Assembly: GCA_963730935.1 (NCBI GenBank)
Contig: CAVSTP010000004.1
Span: forward strand, 1,600,001-1,664,000
Length of the DNA stretch: 64,000 nucleotides
Source of the DNA: an uncultured Nitrospiraceae bacterium
GTDB lineage: Bacteria > Nitrospirota > Nitrospiria > Nitrospirales > Nitrospiraceae
Direction of reading: 5' to 3'
Shown here one piece after another: positions 56,955 through 64,000 of this stretch. The notes beneath the pieces are model-generated. The model was not told the origin of the DNA. It ran no database searches and worked only from the letters and a program-made list of their open reading frames with translations. Position 1 is the first letter of the stretch, and the number at the start of each line of letters is the position of its first letter. The translations under genes and the position numbers were made by a program.

Positions 56955-57290
56955 TCAAGCGTGGCCCCCCTCCTCCGTTTCCTCAAACTCGTTGATCAGT
57001 TCTTCCAGTTCATCGAGTTCATCCGGCCGGACATTTTCGAATTCAACGCCAAAGGTCTGTTCTTCCACCCACCGCACCTTTGCCTCGGGGATCGACACCG
57101 GCGACTCCGCCCCAGGGACAACCAGACGAACCATGATCGTCTTGCCGGGGAACACCGCCAAATCGCTTTCAAATCTAGCCCCGCCGAGGGAGAGATCAAG
57201 CGTCTGCCCTTCGATCTCATGCGAGTTTCCCAATAAGAATCCCTGAATATGAAGAGGCACGCGCCGATGTCTCCGTCGCTCCATTGGCAT
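56955..57290 (-). CDS. PilZ domain protein
   Basis: RRRHRR (RxxxR) and DLSLGG (DxSxxG). Confidence 0.9.
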   Translation of the reverse strand: MPMERRRHRRVPLHIQGFLLGNSHEIEGQTLDLSLGGARFESDLAVFPGKTIMVRLVVPGAESPVSIPEAKVRWVEEQTFGVEFENVRPDELDELEELINEFEETEEGGHA

Positions 57291-57419
57291 CCCTCCATGC
57301 GATTACGGTCCTAGAGAATACCGCGGTTGAACCCTGAAATCATCTCCGGACTTCGGTCGGAAGCCTCTCGTTACATTCCGGCACTGGCCGATTCACACAG
57401 GCCTGCTACACTTGAAGAT

Positions 57420-57851
57420 ATGAGAGCCTCACCAGAGTCGACCGCCCTCGTTCCCGTGGATCCCCGCAGGCGCATCGTGTGCTCAGTTCGAGAGAGTCTC
57501 GTCACACTTCACGGCGCCCTGATTATTGCCGAGCAACACACTTATGAACGCATCAGCGGTCCGGTTCCATCCATAGATGTCCTGATTGACCTTCTGCAAA
57601 AAGATCCCTGGTTCACCTGGCTACACCCGATCGCGGATCTGCTCGTACGCATGGACCACCTGCTCGAGGATGATACCTGTGACATCACCGATGAGAACGT
57701 CGCCCATCTCATGCATGAGGTTGATGCGTTGCTTCATCCGTCGGTGGAAGGGGAAGGCTTTGAACGAGCCTATTATGAAGCGTTGGATCGAGCCCCCGAC
57801 GTTGTGCTCGCACACTTTCGCGTGAGAAAGCTGTTGCCGAAAGCTGCATAG
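57420..57851 (+). CDS. Hypothetical helical protein (paralog A)
   Basis: Aligns by eye along its whole length with 58333-58752. Confidence 0.8.
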   Translation: MRASPESTALVPVDPRRRIVCSVRESLVTLHGALIIAEQHTYERISGPVPSIDVLIDLLQKDPWFTWLHPIADLLVRMDHLLEDDTCDITDENVAHLMHEVDALLHPSVEGEGFERAYYEALDRAPDVVLAHFRVRKLLPKAA

Positions 57852-57899
57852 CCGGCCGGCGCTTGTTATGATGACAGGCAACTTCGCAAGGAGGTTGCC

Positions 57900-58262
57900 A
57901 TGGGCGCCCGAAAGTTCGCAGGAATCGTTGGTGCGGCCGTGCTGCTGACTGCCGGCTTCTCGCAGGCTGGCAACGCAGGTCGCGTCGAACCGCTCGACGG
58001 CACGCAAGGCGTCACACGTTCGGCGAACGACCAGGGGACTTCTTCTGAACACGGTCCGCTTTCTCATGGCGGCTCTCAGCTCCCGGCTCTTGGCGTGCCT
58101 CCCGGCGATCCGTCACCTCGGACGACGACACCGTTCGGAGGACCCTTGCCGCCGAACCAGTTGACACCGGCTCCCGTGCTTCCCTTCAATCCCAACCGGT
58201 CGCTCATGCCCTCTCCCTCCACGTCTCCTCCATATTCCGGCAGCGGACGTCTTGGCCGCTGA
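57900..58262 (+). CDS. Secreted Pro-rich low-complexity protein
   Basis: AAGGAGG RBS, signal peptide, Pro/Ser/Gly-rich mature part. Confidence 0.65.
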   Translation: MGARKFAGIVGAAVLLTAGFSQAGNAGRVEPLDGTQGVTRSANDQGTSSEHGPLSHGGSQLPALGVPPGDPSPRTTTPFGGPLPPNQLTPAPVLPFNPNRSLMPSPSTSPPYSGSGRLGR

Positions 58263-58332
58263 TCGCGCTGGTTCGATGAGCCTTTTCACAGAGAGAGATC
58301 ACATTTTCCGTTCCACCTGATACAATAAAGTC

Positions 58333-58752
58333 ATGACGGGACCATCAACTGAAGCCCGGGAAGGCCTAAGGCGCATGCTGATGGAGGTGCGGCGGGGCCT
58401 GCTGGGCTTGCACAAAGCACTCATCATTGCGGAGCAGCTCACCTACGAACGCATTAATGGCCGCGTCGGCTCGACCGGCCAGCTGCTCCAGTTAGTGCTG
58501 AACGATCCCTGGTTTACTTGGCTGCACCCGTTGTCGCAGCTCGTCATTCGCGTGGATGAGTTGCTGGATGAAGGCGAGGAACTGACGACCGTCGAAGTGG
58601 AACATTTTCTTGCCGACGTGCGCGCCTTGATTCGGCCTTCCGAGGAAGGTGATGGATTCGAACGCAGCTATTATGAGGCTCTGCAGCGGGAACCCGACGT
58701 CATTTTCGCACACGTGGAGGTGAAGAAACTCGTCACCAAGGCAGCGGCCTGA
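58333..58752 (+). CDS. Hypothetical helical protein (paralog B)
   Basis: LHKALIIAEQ.TYERI, DPWFTWLHP, YYEALQR.PDV. Confidence 0.85.
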   Translation: MTGPSTEAREGLRRMLMEVRRGLLGLHKALIIAEQLTYERINGRVGSTGQLLQLVLNDPWFTWLHPLSQLVIRVDELLDEGEELTTVEVEHFLADVRALIRPSEEGDGFERSYYEALQREPDVIFAHVEVKKLVTKAAA

Positions 58753-58773
58753 ACAAACGCTGGCTCCTAGGAG

Positions 58774-58808
58774 ACAGGCGGCCGGTTCCCTGTGAACCGG
58801 CCGCCTGT
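58774..58808. terminator. Perfect hairpin between convergent genes
   Basis: ACAGGCGGCCGGTTC-cctgt-GAACCGGCCGCCTGT. Confidence 0.75.
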
Positions 58809-58822
58809 GCTGTGTTCACGAC

Positions 58823-59095
58823 CTACCGATTTCCATGTTTCTTGCTGGTCTTCTTCGCGTGTCCCTTGGCTTTTCCCTTTCCTTTGCCCTGGCTTACCTT
58901 CCCTGCCTTGTCGGCCTTCTTTTCCTCACTCATACTCGGCGCCTGAGCCGGTGCTTGTGCAGGCGGCGGCGTCATCTCCTGAGTGGGCGCAGGCATCTGG
59001 GCAGGAGCTTCTTCACTCAAGGGAGCCTGCGCGAACGCCGTGGCGAATACAGTAAAGACTGCAGCAGCGGTCAGAGCGGAAATGGTCTTCTTCAT
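58823..59095 (-). CDS. Small secreted Ala/Pro- then Lys-rich protein
   Basis: GAGGAGG RBS; MKKTISALTAAAVFTVFATAFA signal peptide; basic tail. Confidence 0.75.
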   Translation of the reverse strand: MKKTISALTAAAVFTVFATAFAQAPLSEEAPAQMPAPTQEMTPPPAQAPAQAPSMSEEKKADKAGKVSQGKGKGKAKGHAKKTSKKHGNR

Positions 59096-59342
59096 CCTAT
59101 CCTCCTCGTGATTTTCCAGAGCGGGGGCCAATCCCTCGCGATGGGGCGCCACACGGGAGAGCAAGAGAGCAAACCAGGTGCCAGTTCCACTGTAATGACC
59201 AACCCTTGGTTCTATAGGCACTTCTCCCCTCTCTGTGGTCAAAGGACGCCCGCAACTGTACCCCCCGCGCAGCAACAGGGATACACTCGCGGCCATTTTC
59301 AATTCCCCATGGTGTTTCCCCGCGGCCGGAGGAATGAGGCCA

Positions 59343-60083
59343 TTACTCATCGCCACCGGAAGACGCGTCATCGTAATACTTTTCCCGAAAAATCGGACAG
59401 AGGCCCTTCGCTTGGATGATACGCGTGACTTCTGTGATCATTCCGCTGTTTCCGCAGAGATAGACGGCCAACCGCTTCACGTCGTGTAAGTCTCGTTCCA
59501 CCAGCGTCGTCACTCTTCCGGAGGGTCCATCCCATCCAGGTTCGGGCCGTGAAAGCGTGATGATGTGCGAGTTTCCCGGCAGGTCACGGCTCAAGCGTGT
59601 CAGTTCATCCTGATAATACAGATCGCGCTGGCCGCGAAGTCCCCAAAACAATGTCGTCCGACTTGGCACTGATCGTTCCGCGTTGGCGAAGAGCATTGAA
59701 CGAAACGGGGCAATGCCGGTTCCGGTGGCGACGAACAATAAGTCGCGGGTAGGATCCTCCCGCAAATAAAAGTTCCCTGCCGGCCCGGCAAGCCTGGTGT
59801 CGTCCCCTTCTCGCAGTCCGAAGAGGTAGGTCGATCCAGGTCCATGAGGAACCAGGTTGAGAAGCAACGAAATCGTCTGAGTGGAGCTTGGTGGGGACAC
59901 GATCGAGTAAGGTCTGGTGACCGTTCGGCCGGTTCTGGGATCGGGGACGTCGAACGAAACGAACTGACCGGCCTTGAACCGGATCTCAGGCGGCTCGATC
60001 AGCCGCAAGTCGATCTGCCGGACATCGTGCGTGAGCTGACGGACGGCGGCGACTTTTGCACTGAAGCGATGGATGGACGCCAC
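59343..60083 (-). CDS. FAD/NAD(P)-binding oxidoreductase (ferredoxin reductase-like)
   Basis: RPYS, GPGS, ATGTGIAP, YLCG; start GTG 60083 or 60104. Confidence 0.9.
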   Translation of the reverse strand: MASIHRFSAKVAAVRQLTHDVRQIDLRLIEPPEIRFKAGQFVSFDVPDPRTGRTVTRPYSIVSPPSSTQTISLLLNLVPHGPGSTYLFGLREGDDTRLAGPAGNFYLREDPTRDLLFVATGTGIAPFRSMLFANAERSVPSRTTLFWGLRGQRDLYYQDELTRLSRDLPGNSHIITLSRPEPGWDGPSGRVTTLVERDLHDVKRLAVYLCGNSGMITEVTRIIQAKGLCPIFREKYYDDASSGGDE

Positions 60084-60143
60084 AGGTCGTGTCCCTAAAA
60101 ACAACCCATTCTACCAAGAGCGGTGTGAGGCAGGGAGGGAATG

Positions 60144-61859
60144 TCACCAACGGCGGGCCGAGGCCAGCAATGTACTGACCTCCTCCGGAGCAAGAGGTTT
60201 GGCGAAGAAATACCCTTGGCCGTATTCGCAGCCCAGCGACCGCAAAATGACCAGATGCTCAGCGGTCTCGACACCTTCGGCGATGACCTGCCGCCCCAGT
60301 TGATGGGCCAGCGCGATGATGGTTTTCACGATGGCGAGCGCGTCGTCCTCCGTGCCCAGACGGCGGACAAACGACTGGTCGATCTTGAGAAACCGGATGG
60401 CCAGCTGCTGTAGATGGCTCAATGAAGAATACCCGGTCCCGAAATCGTCCAAGCAGGTGTCGACCTGTTGCGCCTTGATCTCGGCAAGCACCTGACTGAC
60501 GGCTTCGGGGCTTTTCATCATCTCCGACTCGGTGATTTCAATCTTCAGGTTCGAGGCCTCGAGACCGGTACGGTCAATCACCTGTCGGATCAGGTGGGCC
60601 AGATGGTTCTGAGCGAAGTGTTCGATCGAAAAATTCACGCTGACGGACAGCGGACGGATCTTCGGGAACTGCTCTTGCCACAGCTTGAGTTGACGGCAGG
60701 CTTCGCCGAGACTCCATTCGCCGATATTCTTCATCAGTCCCAATTCCGCGGCGACGTGTAAGAACGCATCGGGCCTGGTCAACCCATGTTCTGGGTGCTG
60801 CCATCGAAGCAACGATTCGAAGCCCGCCACCCGACCCTCCTTCAGGTCGATGATGGGCTGATACGCTAGCCTGAACTCTTTACGGTCCAACGCCTGGCGC
60901 AAATCCCCTTCGATCTTCAGACGGGCCATGGCCTGTTGATGCATGGCCTTATCGAAAATGACGAAGCCGGAGCGGCCTGCCTCCTTGGCCTGCAGCATGG
61001 CCGCCGTTGCATCTCTCAGCAGATGTTCCCCGCTTTCATATCCGGCATGACTGCAGGCGATGCCGATACAAGGCGTCAGAAAGACTTCACCCTGTTCCAG
61101 CACAAACGGCGCTGCAAATTCCTGTTGCACACGATCGGCCACACGCGTGGCATTGCTCACGGCTTTCAGATTATCGATGAGCAGCGTGAAGGCGTCCCCT
61201 TCCATTCGGGCCACCGTATCGGCGGAGCGCACCCGGCGCAGAATCCGTTGGCTCACCTCGATCAGCAGCCGGTCGGCGGGAGAAGGGCCCAGTCCGCTGT
61301 GGACCATCTTGAAGCCGTCCAGGTTCAGGTGCAGGAGCGCAAACAAATGACCGGGCTGGCGGCGGCTCTGCAGAAATACACGTTCCAGCCGGTCCATGAA
61401 CAAAGCACGATTCGGCAAGCCGGTCACCGAATCGTGGAATGTTTCCAGAAACAGCCGCTGCTCGGCCTGGCGCTTCTCCTCGAGGAGCCGTTTGCGCTCA
61501 AGTGCTTGGGTGACGGCATGGCCAAGCCGCCCGAGCCGGTCCTTCAGGAGATAATCGGCGGCGCCTGCTTTCATGCATTCCACGGCCATTTCTTCGCCGA
61601 TACAGCCGGAGACGATAATGAACGGGAGGTCCAATCCCCGCTCTTTCATCAGCCGGAGCGCATCCCGGGCGGTAAACTGCGGCATCGAATAATCGGACAG
61701 AATAAAATCAGGAGGCTGGTCGAGTTCTCGAAGATATGCGTCTTTGCTCTCGACGCGGCGGAAGCTGAGGTCAAACCCCGACTCGCGAAGCGCTTCGATC
61801 ATCAGCTCCGCGTCGGCCGGGGAATCTTCCAGCAGCAGGAGATTGAGGCTCGTGGACAT
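60144..61859 (-). CDS. REC-GGDEF(degenerate)-EAL protein, likely c-di-GMP phosphodiesterase
   Basis: REC domain (LLEDS, ILSD); EGDAF at the GGDEF site; ESL, DDFGTGYSSL, KID, AEGVE. Confidence 0.92.
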   Translation of the reverse strand: MSTSLNLLLLEDSPADAELMIEALRESGFDLSFRRVESKDAYLRELDQPPDFILSDYSMPQFTARDALRLMKERGLDLPFIIVSGCIGEEMAVECMKAGAADYLLKDRLGRLGHAVTQALERKRLLEEKRQAEQRLFLETFHDSVTGLPNRALFMDRLERVFLQSRRQPGHLFALLHLNLDGFKMVHSGLGPSPADRLLIEVSQRILRRVRSADTVARMEGDAFTLLIDNLKAVSNATRVADRVQQEFAAPFVLEQGEVFLTPCIGIACSHAGYESGEHLLRDATAAMLQAKEAGRSGFVIFDKAMHQQAMARLKIEGDLRQALDRKEFRLAYQPIIDLKEGRVAGFESLLRWQHPEHGLTRPDAFLHVAAELGLMKNIGEWSLGEACRQLKLWQEQFPKIRPLSVSVNFSIEHFAQNHLAHLIRQVIDRTGLEASNLKIEITESEMMKSPEAVSQVLAEIKAQQVDTCLDDFGTGYSSLSHLQQLAIRFLKIDQSFVRRLGTEDDALAIVKTIIALAHQLGRQVIAEGVETAEHLVILRSLGCEYGQGYFFAKPLAPEEVSTLLASARRW

Positions 61860-62064
61860 GCCTTTCCTAGAATGAATGACGTGACACACCTTTTCTCGGG
61901 AAGCGGCCCTGACCCGTGGATCTGCAGCAGTACGCAGTATAGTGCGGGATGAGCCCCCGGCAAACGAAATCCTCTAAATCACAACCACTTAGGTGAGAAC
62001 CCTGGTGGGACAATCGACGACAATCTTCGGAAAGGATTCCAAATATACAGCCAGCAAGACGTGG

Positions 62065-62370
62065 CTACACGATTTGTTCGGCGGCCCATGAGAACACTCG
62101 CAGTGCTGGCTTCTCCCAACCGGGATGTTTGGCCGCTTCTTCATACCACTGCTTGACCGCCTTGCTCACACGCCCCGCACGTTCAGGATCCAAGGAGACC
62201 CAGATGATCGAATTGGTCCCCGGATAGAAGGCCAATCCTTCGGCTGGGCCGGTCTGGCCATACCCGACCGTTTCATTCACCTCGGTGAATGCCTTGATGT
62301 CGCATCGGTGCAGTAAGTCATGCACCCGTTCTTTGAGCGACGTCCGGAAGACGACCATGAGCATGTGCAT
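62065..62370 (-). CDS. PII-like (GlnB-fold) protein
   Basis: AFTEVNETVGYGQTG...YPGTNS pattern and 101-aa size fit non-canonical PII-like proteins. Confidence 0.65.
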   Translation of the reverse strand: MHMLMVVFRTSLKERVHDLLHRCDIKAFTEVNETVGYGQTGPAEGLAFYPGTNSIIWVSLDPERAGRVSKAVKQWYEEAAKHPGWEKPALRVFSWAAEQIV

Positions 62371-62437
62371 ACGTCATTCCCTCCTTGGTCATTTGGATAG
62401 GCAGATGACCCACCGGCCGTCGAGAGAGGAATGGCCT

Positions 62438-62875
62438 TCACAAGCGGTCTTCATCTAATTCGATCACTTCGGCCCACGTCGAAACTGACGGCAGCGCACC
62501 GACCGGCACCCCGCGCTTGGCGGCAATTTCGCGAAGTCGTCCCTGGAACCGTTGGCGAGCCGCATCGTCCTTCGGCCGTGAGGACAATAGAATATGATTC
62601 CATTGCGCAATCTCTTCCGGCGTCCGCGGCTCACCTTGCGCTTGGATCCAATCCAGTAACTCCTGGTCGGATCCGCCCGCCAGCACGCGCGATTCCAATG
62701 CCTTCGCATCGATGCGGAGAAAATCGATCAGATGCTTATCGAATCCGACGGTGATGTAATTGTAATCCTGGATCAAGCCCCTGTTTCGAAGACGAATCTT
62801 GTCGATGAACCTGGCGAGGTGCGCGATTCCGCCGAGGAGCATTTTAGGACTGCGCGGATATCCCTGCATATTCAT
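62438..62875 (-). CDS. DUF5069-like protein
   Basis: PRSP..LGGIAHLARFIDKIR...DYNY...SDQELLDW...ELDE. Confidence 0.75.
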   Translation of the reverse strand: MNMQGYPRSPKMLLGGIAHLARFIDKIRLRNRGLIQDYNYITVGFDKHLIDFLRIDAKALESRVLAGGSDQELLDWIQAQGEPRTPEEIAQWNHILLSSRPKDDAARQRFQGRLREIAAKRGVPVGALPSVSTWAEVIELDEDRL

Positions 62876-62930
62876 ACCTACATTTCATCACTTGATATGT
62901 AAATTAGCTATCTATATATTCTGACACAGG

Positions 62931-63605
62931 ATGCTGTGGAATTATGTGAATTTGATCCTAGGAATTCTCCTCCTCATCTTTCCAGGGTGCGTGAAGTATA
63001 AGGGGCCTGGGTACACTCCTAACATTAATCTCACAAAGACTTCGCCGTCCATCCCACTTAAAATCGATTCACGTCCCTTCGTCGATAGTTCACCCCCTGC
63101 AGGCAAAGAAAGCGGATACATGACAGGAAGTGGGTCTTCCGCAACATCTAAAGAAACCCTGAAAGGTGATCTGGCAACGCTCATCACGACTTTGCTTCGA
63201 GGCGAATTCCAGCGGAGCAACTTGTTTGAGGCCATTGATTCCGATCTTCCCACGCCTGACCTGGTCCTATCAGGTACGATTCACCGCTTCTACGAACGCA
63301 CCACGGAGCCGCTCATTGGCCTTTGTTGTGGACTCCTTACGGGTTTCATTGGCCTGCCATTTTTCATTGAAGAAGGAGCAGTCGATCTTGAACCTACGCT
63401 TTCATCTCCAGACGGAACAATTGTGAAGACCTATCGCAAGCAAGCGGACTACGACAAATGGATGAATGCGTATGACGGACGAGCTTGGCATCCGTATAGG
63501 CATGGGTTGTATTTGAACAAACCCATGGCCGAGGTGATGACTCTATTGCGAGATATGATCCTCGCTGATAGAACATTGCTCACGAATTCTAAACCTTCCC
63601 CCTAG
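62931..63605 (+). CDS. Hypothetical lipoprotein, visibly AT-richer than flanks
   Basis: FPGC lipobox; DLVLSGTI; internal hydrophobic hairpin. Confidence 0.7.
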   Translation: MLWNYVNLILGILLLIFPGCVKYKGPGYTPNINLTKTSPSIPLKIDSRPFVDSSPPAGKESGYMTGSGSSATSKETLKGDLATLITTLLRGEFQRSNLFEAIDSDLPTPDLVLSGTIHRFYERTTEPLIGLCCGLLTGFIGLPFFIEEGAVDLEPTLSSPDGTIVKTYRKQADYDKWMNAYDGRAWHPYRHGLYLNKPMAEVMTLLRDMILADRTLLTNSKPSP

Positions 63606-63704
63606 CCTCTGCTCTCGAACGCGACGCTGCCTCAATCTGTTCAGCGGCGAGAAACGGGAACAGGCTACTTTTCAATTAGAATGTTGTCAATGATGTGCCC
63701 TCTA

Positions 63705-63828
63705 CAGGCCGCTCAAAACGGCTTTCCAACAAGGCCGCAGCGAGCGAGAGCCCGAGGCGTACGGTTCGAGGTCCGTTGAGGGTTTGAGCGGAGCGAGAAC
63801 GCAGTTGGAGGCCGTTTTCAGCGGCCTG
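63705..63828. mobile_element. 124-bp MITE/REP-like palindromic element
   Basis: Imperfect ~25-bp terminal inverted repeats CAGGCCGCTCAAAACGGCTTTCCAAC and GTTGGAGGCCGTTTTCAGCGGCCTG; no transposase. Confidence 0.75.
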
Positions 63829-64000
63829 ACTTGGCGGATTTGCCGGCGAGCAGATACTTATCAATCCCGGCTGCCATTTTTCGGCCTTCCGCGATCGCCC
63901 ACACGATGAGGGAGGCACCACGTTTCGTGTCGCCGCCGGCAAAGACGCCGTCAAGGCTGGTCATGAAGTTGTCGTCGACCTCGACGGTGCCGCGCGCGTC
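63818..64000 (-). CDS. gltD: Glutamate synthase small subunit, C-terminal end (partial)
   Basis: Manual translation ...[43 protein letters not shown]. Confidence 0.88.
   Translation of the reverse strand, partial: DARGTVEVDDNFMTSLDGVFAGGDTKRGASLIVWAIAEGRKMAAGIDKYLLAGKSAKSGR

Noticed and set aside
428..61952. Many long antisense or alternate-frame ORFs (e.g. 21300-22664, 22683-24032, 39342-40775, 44485-46011, 60936-61952)
   Set aside because: They shadow well-supported genes on the opposite strand, as expected in GC-rich DNA, and show no recognisable motifs
63676..63954. 92-aa minus-strand ORF in the track
   Set aside because: It is an alternate frame across the gltD end and the palindromic element

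Overview
GC-rich bacterial chromosome segment. Gene content and order plus a characteristic ~124-bp palindromic repeat suggest a Nitrospira-like (Nitrospirota) genome; this is an inference from pattern recognition, not a database hit. The window is mostly housekeeping and envelope genes: queC, dksA-like, apt, a sigma-70 family factor, acyP, rqcH, a degP-tatC-mrp-moeA-mobB-hexaheme cytochrome-ABC run, rodZ-pilF-pfkB-mtnP-miaA-mutL, a tol-pal cluster with two cpoB-like genes, tRNA-Asp, tRNA-Val, xerD, trpS and the 3' end of gltD. No CRISPR array, rRNA, prophage or transposase was seen. The most notable items are: (1) an orphan alphaKG-HExxH-type protein with no radical SAM or precursor partner; (2) a putative molybdoenzyme/Fe-S/Tat maturation operon carrying a hexaheme cytochrome and a Cys/His-tailed membrane protein; (3) a mosaic Cys-repeat lipoprotein with a His-depleted SmbP-like domain; (4) a catalytically dead caspase-like lipoprotein; (5) a carbamoyltransferase/GT-C/GT2 trio; (6) two small genes below the ORF-track cutoff; (7) two decayed genes with readable mutation footprints; (8) two non-coding palindromic elements, one of which supplies the stop codon of gltD. 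All product calls come from motif recognition by eye.
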